From NCBI RefSeq assembly GCF_009914755.1, contig NC_060947.1: a stretch of DNA of 64,000 nt. One strand, written 5' to 3'. Every line of letters starts with the position of its first letter. The stretch's first letter is position 1. A program made the position numbers and the translations under genes. The DNA is from the human T2T-CHM13v2.0 reference genome, Homo sapiens. The notes beneath the pieces are model-generated. The model searched no databases, had not been told where the DNA came from, and saw only the letters and a program-made list of their open reading frames with translations. Shown piece by piece: positions 13,649-31,000 of the stretch.

Positions 13649-16439
13649 TATGTTGGGTATAAATTGAGCACATCTCCACCCTTCATTCCTGGAGAGCCCA
13701 CACCAGTTAAAAAACACAAAGCTAAAAATATCTCATTAAGCCAAGCCAGAGAGGAGCATTATAAGTACTCCATGGAGATTAAACCCTTCTCATATTTACC
13801 TTCTCTCTACTTCTGCACTGAGTTCTACTTACTTATGTGTAAGTCTAAGGAAAAGGGATATCAAATAAATTGTGGCTTCTTGTTTCTCCTTAAGTATTAC
13901 TCTAGCAACAGAAACTGGAAGACAATTTCAGGAAATAGGAAGATCAGAGACTATGGAACTCTTATAGCAGGAACAAGCTGGAGTCAACCTCCCTCGTAAC
14001 CTTGAGTTAATTCTTTATTATGATGAGTGCTCTGGCACATTCCTGCTTTGGCACTTCATTGTTCCAGCAAAATACGACATGAGAGCTGCTGCCTTTGGCA
14101 AGCAATACTTAACAATAAAACTCTTCACCTCTCATTTGCAAACTCCAGAAAACAGTACTAATGATAATTTCTGTTGCAGACTTAAAATTAGGGCCATTTG
14201 ATTATTTACATTTTACAGATGACAAAGGAGAAAACACAACTGGAATGAGAATTCAGTACTCAAATTACTAACGCTTAACTCTTATCAATTGCATAACATG
14301 AAAACCTTCTGTTTGTGTGGCCTCTCTCTTTTATTGGTCATTTTCAAGGGACATTTACTTGCATAGACTTTAAGGAACAATAGAAATCTCTATTATGGTA
14401 ACATAGAGAAAGTTAAAATATGACCCAAATATGGTAAAAGGTTTGATTTCTATAGTTTTCTTTTTACTTTTCAAGCTTCAACTCTAAGGTAATGCTCTTT
14501 CCTTGAGGTATGAAAACTGGGTAACATTTTGTGAGATAATTCCAGCCAGCAGTTAGTTGTATAGAACTTCTAGCATTTCTATAATAAGAATACCACTTTA
14601 TGACTTAGTAATACAGTGATGTTGTTAAATAGAATGAAGAATTTGCACAGAAAAGATACAACCCACTTTGAAGAGCTTTGTGGTTCAACTGGTAATCATC
14701 ACTGGGGCAGTTCTCTCTGATTCAGTATCTGGTACTCAGAATTCGTAATTCAGAATAACTAAAAGGAAATCCATTCAGAGGTTAGCTTATTGGATTTGGA
14801 TCCACCTTTTAAAAAAGAAAAAGAAAACATCAGAAGTCTATGTGCCTTAGAAATCATGTAGTACATTCCTTATCAGTCTTTTGCCTGACATAATGTCCTT
14901 TATTGCCTTTTCTAATATAGAGAATAGTTTGCTGTAATGCAGCAGTCACTCCCAACAAACATTATTATTGTGTGACTTGCCCTGACTTTTCTCCCTCCTT
15001 TCTTCATTTCTTCCTCCTCTCTCTTACTAACACCCCCGCCCCCCGCCACCACCCCTTATGCACCCAGTCACTCATGGATAATAAACTATCATTCTGCTAT
15101 GAAACCAAGTGGGCCACTCCTCACAACTCCACAGCAATCTGTGAAAATAGAGTAGAGATGAGAATTCAGAATGCATTCGATGTTACAGCTGGTACAGCTG
15201 TGCTCTGAATCTGGTCAATGTATATATTTATTTCAGAAGGTTGTGAACCAGTAGAAAATAGGAATTTTGCAAATGTCAAATTATTATGCCCCTTTATTCC
15301 TCTGAATTTTAGTACCTGACAATTGGCCAATTAGCAAAGAACCGGTATGTGTTTTACATGATTCATTTGGCATAACTCAACACCCTTCTATCTGAGGAGA
15401 CTGCAAATACAGTACATGACTGTATTACGTAATTATATGCTATATTATCTACAGCTAATAGAAAGAGACATTGTTGCATAGAGATAGGTCAGGTTTACAT
15501 GTTTAAATGCTGTTAGAATGATAACTCTTTGTTCAATTGCATATAAATGGAATAAAAGGACATGATTTGTTTAGCCTGGACAGTGTTCTCAGCACAGTAC
15601 AGAGATTAAACATTTAACTCATATTGAGAGAGACACTTTCTCCTCAAGGGATCCATAAACAACACCTATCACACTCAAAGAAAGACTTCTCATTTGATCT
15701 CCTAGAAATATTCCCAGGGTATCTTTCACCCCTGCCAGCTGTTGTCACAGTTTGACAGTGAATGTATCAGCAAGACAACAATGCCTAATTGCCTGCACCC
15801 TGTCAATTCAATATAGAGTAGCTTTGGTCATCCATACCCTGCTTATGATAACAGTCAAAGGAAAAGTGGATGTAGAAGAAACACTAAAAGACTGAAATGC
15901 CTTTCTGATAAGTTGTCAAATAGTGAAAGAGCTCTTTGCTTGATACCCAACTATTTTTAAAATTGCCACCCAACTTAATTCTTAATATTAAGTCTTACGT
16001 GATTATACTGTAAAACTCCGAGGAATTAGGATCTCGAAGGCAGAATGATGTTGACATATATACCTAAAACCATTGCCCCTGGGAATTTTCATTCCATGGC
16101 AAATTTATATACATGCCTATATTTTCTATAGCAGAGAAATATTGGAAGAAGAGGCGTAATCCTGGGAAAAGGTATTGTCATAGCCAGCAATAAGACCACA
16201 GCAATGTTAGAAGACAGTGTTCACACCCGCCTTAAGTCTTCTGATAACTTCCAACGCAAAAAGAATGAAGGTAGGGAAGGAGACTGCATCTATGAAAGGG
16301 AATGAGGGAGGAGGCGGCCCAAATAGCTGCCTATGAAAGGAAAGTGCTAAAGACAGATCTCACTAGAATGTATCAAAAAGATCTTTACTGTATGTCAATG
16401 AAACCTTCACAGAATACCTTACAGAATGAGAAAGAAAGA

Positions 16440-16640
16440 ACGTACAAATATTTGATGTCCCTACCATATGCCAGGCCTCATGCTTGCTACTTTATATATG
16501 TGTGATCTCTCCCTAATCTTCATAACAGCACTATGAAAACAAGAAAGTACTGGTTTAGAGTGGTTCTGTGTTTCATCCAATTCTGCCACTTACTATGTAC
16601 GTACCACTGAACTTAGGACTCCAATAGAATCAACTCAGGC
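16440..16640 (-). mobile_element. MIR SINE remnant
   Basis: atatttgatgtccctaccatatgccaggc...taatcttcataacagcactatga. Confidence 0.55.
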
Positions 16641-17829
16641 ATACTTCCCTAGCCACAATTAGGAAAATTAATGAACACTGAAAACTGGAGATGGTTAGAG
16701 GAACCTCCTTAGCTACTCAGAGTTGTTCCCCATGATCTTTTCAGTCTGTTTTCAGAAACTTGCTTCATTATCAGAAAACTGCTCTGTATGCACAGCTTCT
16801 CTGAATGTGTCCTTCATTTACTTATCTAACCTGAAATTTGGTAGTTCCTAAAAAATTCTTTCTTTTTCTTGCTAGCATCTCAAGTGGACATTGTTTTGTT
16901 TTCCTTTCATAATCCAGGTAACTCAGAAGTTGAAATTGGTATCTTCCTTGTTCCTCAATATTACTTATAGACATTTGCTTCTCCTCCCTCTTGCTAAAAC
17001 CCCTGTTTCTATTAGGATCACATAGTCATTATAGCTTGCCTCTTTTTCAATAGCATTAACCTGGAAAAATTTGAATCTAAATGATCAGTCTCTTGCCCAG
17101 CAGATAAGAATCAAACAACCATGTAGATTAGTATCTAACACCCTACATGTGTGATCATGCAAACAAAATTAGTACTCAGAAAATCCCAGCAACATTAACA
17201 AATGTCTCTTTAACTTTGCTTTCAAACTCTCTGCAATTCCGTTTTCTTACCTTGTTTATTCTTCCTAAATATTTAAACAAGCCATCACTGCCCTATGTCT
17301 CGGATTTTATAGAGAAAGTAGAACTTATTAGATAGAAATTGCTTCATCATCATTAAATCAGAAAAAACAAAAACAAAAACAGAACATAGGAGTGCCTGCT
17401 CCCATATTTGGTTTTTCCCTCCTATTATAATAGAGGAAGAAGAAGCGATTCCAGTAAGTACATGACCCTCAAACCACAGTTTCCAAAAGACTATGAGACA
17501 GATTTAATTCACAGATCAGTTAAAAGTCACAAGGATGGCAATGAAAACAAGAAATATGGAGAGTGACTCATTAGTCCAGAGGTAGCAGATTCACAATAAT
17601 ACCAGCACAAACAACTTCCTGAAGAGAAGTTGTCCTTAGTTTTTGCTGAAAACTAAGTGTGAGAAATGGATTAGCAGGGTGAGACCCCATTTCTTTCAAA
17701 TAATAAGATATAGAGCTAGATGAAGAATCACATGCACAAGCCACATTTGCAGGAAGTCATCTGCCTCTGTGGCAGTAAAGTAGAAGTAATTCTTTGGGTA
17801 TAAAGCTTAGAGGGCTACAGTTGCTCCCT

Positions 17830-20800
17830 TTCCAACCAACCTATAAATAGCTGGTCTAGAAAAATCCAATTAATTCAGTAATGAATAATATAGGGAAAAA
17901 CTGGCATGATATTGACACAAAAAATGTCATAAGAAAAATACAGAAAAGGGCTGCAAAATTTAGAAACAAAAGAACATTCACCAGAATGTGTTTCAATACA
18001 CGATTTAAAGACAATGGATCAATCACATTTAAAAACAAAAATCACAGATCAGAAATGTACAGTCAGGAAAGAAATGATGTGACAACAGAAGCAATGAAGT
18101 ATGAGCTGGAATCACTAAGGAAATAAGAGCATTAATTTTAACAAAAACCTGAAACAAAAACAAAAGTGGTGGGATGACAGAAGAAAACAGTATGGAAAAT
18201 TGGGTGTGATACTGTGAAATAATGTATAATCATATATATATAGAAGATTATATATATAAGTAAAGACTGTATGTGTGTGTGTGTGTGTATATATAGAGAG
18301 AGAGAGAAAGAGAGAGAGGAGAGAGAGAGAGCGGTCCTAAGACCTTTATAATTTACTGAGTGATAGGAGGATAGGGCAAAGGCCTCCAAAATCAGGTGAC
18401 AGACTCATCGTTTGTTCTAATGAGGTAACTTTTGGTGGGCTCCTGGATAGCATCAGGATGGGGGCTAGTTGCCAGGAAAATGACCCATGTCATTAGATGG
18501 GTGGAACTGTCAGTCCAATCCTGACCTCCAGGAAGGAGAGAGGGGCTAAAATTGATTTTATGACCAATGGCCAATGATGTAATCAACTATACCTGTGTAA
18601 TGTAGCCTTCATAAAACCCCAAAAGGACAGGGTGAGAAGAGCTTCTGGATTGCTGAAAACATGGAAGTTCCTGGAGGGTATTATGTTTGGGAAAGGCACA
18701 AAAGCTCCATGCCCCTTCCCACATACCTTACTCTGTGCATCTTTTTCATTTCGCTATTCATCTGTATGCTTAGAAATATCTTTCATAATAAATGAATGGA
18801 TGTAAGTAAAGAAATTCCTTGAGTTCTGTGAGGCACTCTAGCCAATTAATTAATGAGGAGAGTGTTATGTGAACCCCCAATTTATAGCTGATTAATGAGA
18901 AGTGTAGGTTACAACCTCCTGCTTGTCATTGGAATCTGAAGTCAGGGGCAGTCTTGTGGGACTGAGCCCTCAACCTGTGGGATGTGATGCTATCCCAGAT
19001 AGATAGTATAGGAATTGACTTAAAATTATAGACACCCAGTTGTTGTCCATTGTGAGAAATCTCTGCACATTTTGGGCACAGAAGTATACTGTGTTGAGTA
19101 GCATAAGAGTAGAGAGAAAAAAAAATTTTTTTAAGATGTGGTTAGAAACTTGGAAGATAGAAATTGGGAAGTAAATGATGATGATAATAATAAAGTGAAT
19201 AAAGAGTTTAAAAGGAATGGGTGAGGCAATGATAGACTTAGAAGCCTGGCAAAGGAGAGTGAACTTATGTGTAACTGGAGTACCTAACGAAGAAAACTAA
19301 AACAATGAAATAGAACAAATATTTCAATACATTATTCAATAAAACTCTACTAAAAAAGAGAAGGCAAAGCTATATATATATATAGAAAGAACTGTGTAAG
19401 GGACACTGTGTGTAAGAGAAAATGGAACCAGAATGGTCAATGCTGGGAAATGTCCTAGTAAAGTTGTGGGTTGTTAAAGATAGTTAAATAATTCTTTGAA
19501 CAGTCAGACAAAAAGATCAAGTCACGTATAGAGAGAAAAGAATTAAACTAGCCTCAATTTTTTCCATAGAACAATTCTATACTAAAAGATAGTGAAACAT
19601 CTACAAAGAGTTCAGGGATAGAAAATGCGAGCCAATGATTTACATCCAGTCAAACTGTCCTTCATGTGTAAAGACTGTAGACACATGCATTTGAATTGGC
19701 CAGATTTCAGAGGCTATTGTTCTGTGAGCTTTTATGAGGATACTGCAAGAGAACCATTTTGAGCCAAAACAAGTGATGACAAAGAAAATTAAGCTAAAAG
19801 ATTGGCAATGAATTTTGAATACTTTTAACTGTATAAATAAAGCCAAAACAAATGTGGGAATAGAGTGAAAGAGCAGAAGGTAAATGTTATATGCCTTAAG
19901 AATGTCAAAGTCATGTAATTAATACCAATTGGGAGAAGTAGAGAAAAGAATGTGTAGGTAGAGTAAGTGTACTGATTAGCTAATTGTAATAGAGGGGAAT
20001 CATCTTATATGCCTTAAATATAATAAGGCATAGGAATAGTTGAGGCAAGTAATAGCTATATATTTGACTATACAAAAGAAAATTCTGAGAAAGGGTATAT
20101 TAGTGCATTCATTATTTTATTATAAAAAAAGAACACATATACCTTTACCATCTGCAAAGATAAATAGACTTGCATTACCAATCTAAGGAAAAGAGGAATT
20201 TAAGATTGTATCACAAAGCAAAACTAAACACTACATTGTATATATAAGAGATACACATAAAACACAGTTACTCAAAAGGGTGGCAAGTAAAAATATATCC
20301 CAGGTAAATGCAAACAAAAAATGGCAAAGGTCAGGTTTTTAATATAAACAAGGTAGAATTAAGGCCAAAAGCACTGAAACGGATGGAGAAGGACACTCCA
20401 AAGTGATAAAGGATGCAATTTATATGTAAGATAAAATAGTCATATATTTAACATTAAGTAACATAGTAACAGCATTCACAGATCAGAAATCATAGGAAAA
20501 AAAGGAGAAATTTATAAAAGAATACACAGGTAGGATGATGATTCATTACAATGAAATGAGTCTAGAGATTTGTAATTCTTTTTTTAAATTATGAAAACAA
20601 TGTTTTCTCTGTGCAAATTAAAAACAGATTCCTATAATTTTAGAGCATCAAATAGGAAATACAAAATTGAAGTATATTGTCTCTAAAATAATATAATAAA
20701 AGCATTATACATCACTACCTGAGAGACACAGCTAAAGCAATGCTGGGGGAAAATTCAGGACCTTAAATACGTATATCAGTAAAAAAGCAGAATGTAAGCA

Positions 20801-20884
20801 AGTGAATTAGTAATCTGACTTAAAATTAGAGATACAGCAGCAAAATATTAAAGTTTGAATTAATAAATTAACAAAGATAGAGAA
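17830..20884 (+). mobile_element. Very old L1 (L1ME-like), ORF1 to ORF2 endonuclease region, interrupted by MER21
   Basis: A-rich sense L1 text (gtaactggagtacctaacgaagaaaac, gcgagccaatgatttacatccagtcaaactgtccttc, caagagatacacataaaac). Confidence 0.65.
18205..19133 (+). mobile_element. MER21-family LTR containing a (TA)(TG)(GA) microsatellite
   Basis: Starts tgtgatactgtgaaata; gggctcctggatagcatcaggatgggggctagttgccagg, accaatggccaatgatgtaatcaa, gtcttgtgggactgagccctcaacctgtggg. Confidence 0.8.
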
Positions 20885-21496
20885 TATGAGATTTGGGGGG
20901 GTTGGAAAAGTATCCAAACTATATCGTTCCACCAAAAGCCACCAAAATCTCATGTTTTTCTCACATTGCAAAATACAATCATTTTCCCAGTATGGACTTT
21001 TGGGACACTCTCACAAACACACTCAGAAATAGGTTTTAACCTGGGCATTCCATGTCCCAGTCAAGTAGCCACATGAAGTAAACCATCATGGAGTACTTAA
21101 AGGAAATGAAAAGAAAGGGCACTAGACAGAATTTCCAATCCACAATATTCCCTAAAGTCCTAACTCAGTTCACCAGTAACTTTAAAGTCCTAAGTCTAAA
21201 GTCTCAACTGAGACTTGCAAATTTCTTACAGCTCTGAGCCTGTAAAATTAAAAACAAGTTATTTCTAAGATACAATGGTGGTATAGGCATTGAGAAAACA
21301 TTCCCATTCCAAAAGGGAGAAATTAGCCAAAAGAAAGGAGTAATAGGCCCCATGCAAGTAGTTTGAAATACAGCAGGGCAGACAATAAACCTTATAATTC
21401 CAAAATAATCCTTGACCCCATGTCCTTCATCCTGAGCACACTGGTGCAAGAGGTGAGCCCTCGAGACTCAGACCGCCCTGCCCCCATGGCTTTGCT
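20885..21496 (-). mobile_element. MST-type MaLR: LTR edge plus internal region fragment
   Basis: tgagatttgg...ccaaactatatc then ccaaaatctcatg..tcacattgcaaaatacaatc, gatacaatggtggtataggcattg, cccatggctttgc. Confidence 0.8.
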
Positions 21497-21608
21497 GATT
21501 CAAATGCTAATCTCATCCAGAAACACTCTCACAAACACACTCAGAAATATGTTTTAACCTGGGCACTCCATATCCCAGTCAAGTAGCCACAAGAAGTAAA
21601 ACATCATG
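21497..21608 (-). mobile_element. MLT2 (ERVL) LTR 5' end fragment
   Basis: ttcaaatgctaatctcatccagaaacactctcacaaacacactcagaaat...ccagtcaagtagccacaagaagtaaaacatca. Confidence 0.75.
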
Positions 21609-21681
21609 GAGTACTTAAAGGAAATAAAAGAAAAAGAAAGGACACTAGACAGAATTTCCAATCCACATGAAATAAATAGAA

Positions 21682-21945
21682 GCCGGGAGTAGTACTCATG
21701 CCTGTAATTGCAGCGCTTCGGGAGGCCAAGGTGGGAGGATTCCTTGAAGCCTGGAGTTCAAGACTAGTCTGGGTAACAAAGTGAGATTCCATCTACAAAA
21801 AATTTAAAAATTACCCAGTGTGGTGGCATGCACTTGTAGTCTCAGCTACTTGGGAGGCTGAGGTGGGAGGATTGGGTGAGCCAGGAGTTTGAGGCTGCAG
21901 TGAGGTAAGATCACCTTCTGTCTCTTAAAAAAGTAAGTAAATAAA
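21682..21945 (+). mobile_element. AluJ-like SINE with a deletion in the right arm
   Basis: gccggg...cctgtaattgcagc...ggaggattccttgaagcctggagttcaag...tttgaggctgcagtgag. Confidence 0.9.
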
Positions 21946-23271
21946 CAGGTGGAGAACTAAAAAGCAATTACATAAGTAAATATAAAATAAATATATTTTT
22001 GAAATTTTTTTCTATATGATTAAAATGAAAGCAGACTAAATTCATAGACACACAATACATAAAGATGTAATTTTGATGACAACAGCACAAATAATATGAA
22101 ATGGAGCTATGTAGGAACAAAGTTTTTTTTGTTGTTGTCTTTTTTTTTTTTTTTGAGACAGGATCTCTCTCTGTCACCCGGACTGGAGTACAGTGACATA
22201 ATCATGGCTTAATGCAATTTAAAACTCCTGAGCTCAAGAAATCCTCTGGCCTCAGCCTCCCAATTAGCTGGGACTACAGGTACGTGCCACCACACCTAGC
22301 TAATTTTTAAATTTTTTTGTAGAGGTGAAGTCTCTCTGTGTTGCTCAGGCTGGTCTCGAACTCCTAGCATCAAGTGATCCTCCTGTGTCAGCTTCCCAAA
22401 GCACTGAGATTATGAGCATGAACCACTGGGCCCAGCTAAGGAGCAAAGTTATTATTTTTTTGAAATTAAGTTGGTAATGATCCCAAAAAATCATTAGAAG
22501 TTGAGATGCCAATTGCAAATTCCACAGAAACCTCTGAGATAATCTAAAAACATACAGCAAAAGAAGCAACAAGATAATTAAAATAGTATAGAACACTAAA
22601 TATCCATTTAATACAGAAGACTAGAATAGTGGAGGCATACAGAAAAAAAGACATAAGACATACAAAAAACAAATAGCAGACATAAATCCTACCTGTTAGT
22701 AATTACATGAAACAAAATGGATTACGTTCTGATTAACAGACAGAAATTGGCAGCACAGAATTTCAAAAATTATCGAATTATATGATGTCTACAGGAGGGA
22801 AACGTTAGATTCAAAGATGCAAATAGATTGAAAAATAAAATAATGAAAAAAATATGCAAACATTACCCAAAAGAGAACCATTGTGATATTAATATTGGAC
22901 AAAATAGACTTTAAAAACAAAAATCTTACTAGAGACAAAGAAGAACATTTCTTAGTGATAAAAGAGTCAATCCATTAAGAAGATATAACAATCATAAACA
23001 CATATGCACCTAAAAACAGAAACTTAAAAACTACAAGAATTGATGGGACAAATAATTTAACAGTAATAGAGATAAATATCACAGATACATAATCACAAAG
23101 GAAAAAGAACACTTGAACAGCACTACAAACCAACTATATTTAACAAACATCCATATGACACTCCACTCAACAAAAGCAGAATATGTATTTTTCCCAAGTG
23201 CACATAAAACAATTTCTGAGAAAAACCATATCTTAGGCATAAAATAAAAGTCACTAAATTTAAAAGCAATG
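21946..23271 (+). mobile_element. Old L1 (L1MB/L1M4), inter-ORF and ORF2 endonuclease part; host of later insertions
   Basis: gacaaaatagactttaaaac..gagacaaagaagaacatttc..catatgcacctaa; continues at 28302. Confidence 0.8.
22125..22437 (-). mobile_element. AluJ SINE
   Basis: Poly-T, then gagacaggatctctctctgtcacc...cccagct; TSD aggaacaaagtt / aggagcaaagtt. Confidence 0.92.
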
Positions 23272-28290
<5,019 letters not shown>

Positions 28291-28909
28291 TTAAAGCAAT
28301 GTAATCTTGTAAAATATGGAATTTAATTAGAATTAAATTCTAATTAAATTAAATTAGAATTAAATTCTAATTAAATTAAATTAGAATTTAAATTAGAATA
28401 AATTGGAATTAAATTAGAATAAATAACAGAGGGAAATCTGGAAAAATTTCAAATGTGTAGAAATTAAACAACATACCCTAAATAATAAGTGTGTTGAAGA
28501 AAAACATCACATGGGAAATGATAAATGAAAATAAGTAAATGAAAATGAAAAAATATAACATCTTAAAATTTATGTGATGCAGTGAAAGCAGTCCTTATAG
28601 GGTGATTTAGAGCTTTATATATCTATATCAGAAAAGAAGAAAAATCTTGAATCGATAATATAACCTACCACCTTAATCACTTATAAATAGAAGAGCAAAC
28701 CGAACCCAAATCAAGCCAAATAAAGGAACTAATTAGGATCACAGAAGGAATAAATGAAATAGAAAACAGAATAACAATAGAGAAATTTAATGAAGCCAAA
28801 TGTTGGTTTTTGAAAATAACCACATTGAAAAAACTAGGTAGACTGGCCAAACAAAAGTGAATGGAGACTCACATTACTAAAATCAACAGTGAATGATGGG
28901 ACATTACTA

Positions 28910-28968
28910 TTAGGTTGGTGCAAAAGTAATTGCAGTTTTTAATGGCAATTACTTTTGCCCCAACCTAA
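28910..28968. mobile_element. MADE1 (Hsmar1-derived MITE), internally shortened
   Basis: TIRs ttaggttggtgcaaaagtaattgc / gcaattacttttgccccaacctaa, flanked by TA on both sides. Confidence 0.93.
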
Positions 28969-29420
28969 TAACAACCTTACAGAAATAAAAAGGATAATAC
29001 AAAATTATGAAAAATTGTGCCAAAAATTAGATAACGTAGAATGCAATGAACAAATTCTTAGAAGTACACAAACTACCAAAACTGACTCAGAAAGAAATAG
29101 AAAATCTGGATAGAAATATAACAAATAAAAAGCTTGAAAAATAGTTCCATAAAAGAATCCCAGGACCACAGGGCTTCACTGATCTCATGAATTGTAGCCA
29201 ACGTGATAAAATGAATTAATACCAATCTTTCATAAACTCTTAAAGAGAAGAAGACATTTTCGAGCTCATTCTATGAATTCAGAATTATCCTCATACCAAA
29301 AACCAGATGAAAACATTATAGTTAAGAAATCTATAGCCTAATGTCCCTTATAAATAAAGACACAAAAATGCACAACAAATAACTAGCAAACTGAATTTAG
29401 TAATGTGTTTTATATAAAAC

Positions 29421-29423
<3 letters not shown>

Positions 29424-29466
<43 letters not shown>

Positions 29467-29482
29467 ATCTATCCATCCATCC
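29424..29482. repeat. (TATC)n(CATC)n tetranucleotide STR
   Basis: Directly visible. Confidence 0.95.
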
Positions 29483-31000
29483 CATGTGCAAGTAGTTATC
29501 TCAGAAAAGCAGGTTGGTTCAACATATGAAAATTAATATAACATACCATACTAATATAATGGAAAAAAACACATATGATCACCTAAATAAACACAGAAAA
29601 ATCATGTGAAAAAAATCCAACACCCTTTCCTGATAGAAGTGCTCAACAAACTAAGAATGGAAGTTAACTTCCTCAACCCAATAAAGTACATGAATTAATA
29701 TCCCACAACTAACATTATACTTAAAAGGTGAACAACTATAATTTGTACACCTAAAATCAGGAACAAGAGAAGAACATCTGCTCTCACCACTTTTATTCAA
29801 TGTTGTACTAAAGTTTTAGCCAGGGCAATTAAATTAAACATAAATATATCGGTTTATTTTAGAATGCTCAATTTTATTCTATTGATCTTTATGTCTACTC
29901 TTATGCCCAAACCATACAATCTTGATTACTGTTTCATTATATTAACTTTTGAAATCACAAACGGTGAGTCTGCTTTGATTTTTCACAAGATTGTTTTGAC
30001 TATTCTGGGTTCTTTGCATTTCCCTATGAATTTTTGGATCAGCTTAATTTCTGCAAAAAAAAAAAAAAAAAAAAGTCAGCTGGAATGTTGATGTGGATTG
30101 CATCGAACCCATAGGTCAATATTGGGATTATTTCCATCTTAACAATATTATGTTCTGCAATCCATAAACAGGAGATGTCCTCTCACTTATTGTTGCTATC
30201 TTTAATTTCAACAAATGTTTTGTACTTTTGCGTATGCAAATCTTCACTTCTTTTGTTACATTTATATATAAATATCTCTTTTATGTTATTGGTAAATGAA
30301 ATTATTTACTCGATTGCATTTTTGGATAGCTCACTGCTAATGTACGAAGATATAATTGGTGTTTTACTAATGTATGAAGATATAATATTGATCTTATATC
30401 CTATGAACTTGCTGAATTTGGTATTAACTCTAATAGATTTTTTTGTGGATTCCTTAAGATTTTCTATATACGAGATCATTTCATCTACAAATAGGTACTT
30501 TTTTCTTACCAACCTGAGTGCCTTTCATTTAGTTTTCTTGCCTATTTTCAACAAGGTTGCCAAAAAATTTAATGGGGTAAAGAATAGCCTTTTCAACAAA
30601 TGGTACTGGGACATCTGGAATATTCACTTTTAAAATATGAAACTGGATTCCTATTTCACACCATATACAAAACTTAATTCAAAATAGATTAAAAACCTAA
30701 ATAAAAGAAGTGAAACAATAAGACTCTTAGAAGAAAACACAGCAGTAAAATCTTTGTGACCTTGGATTAGGCAATGGGATCTTAAATATATATGTATAAC
30801 ACAAGCCTCAAAAGGGGTAAAAATAGATAAATGGGAATATATCAAATTAAAATTGTTTGTGCTCCAAAGAATACTATCATGAAAGTTAAAGGACAACTCA
30901 CAGAACGAGAGAAAATATTTTTAACTCATATATCTGAAAAGCATATAGGACCCAGAATATATAAAGAATTTAACATTAGACTATAAAAAGACAACCAAAC

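Larger units (their letters stand above)
28302..31000 (+). mobile_element. Old L1MB ORF2 continued, with an internal inversion at about 29836-30543
   Basis: Sense ORF2 text at 28400-29835 and 30545-31000; antisense between them (ISYIENLKESTKK on the minus strand). Confidence 0.8.

Noticed and set aside
13664-13999. 111-aa ORF in unique DNA
   Set aside because: TTG start, no recognisable domain and no supporting splice or promoter context
16890-16925. Plus-strand pyrimidine-AG|GT motifs (also at about 2820, 38240, 45790)
   Set aside because: Isolated sites with no partner exon structure; expected by chance in T-rich DNA
30175-30633. Hydrophobic 152-aa ORF resembling a membrane protein
   Set aside because: Antisense reading of T-rich inverted L1 sequence
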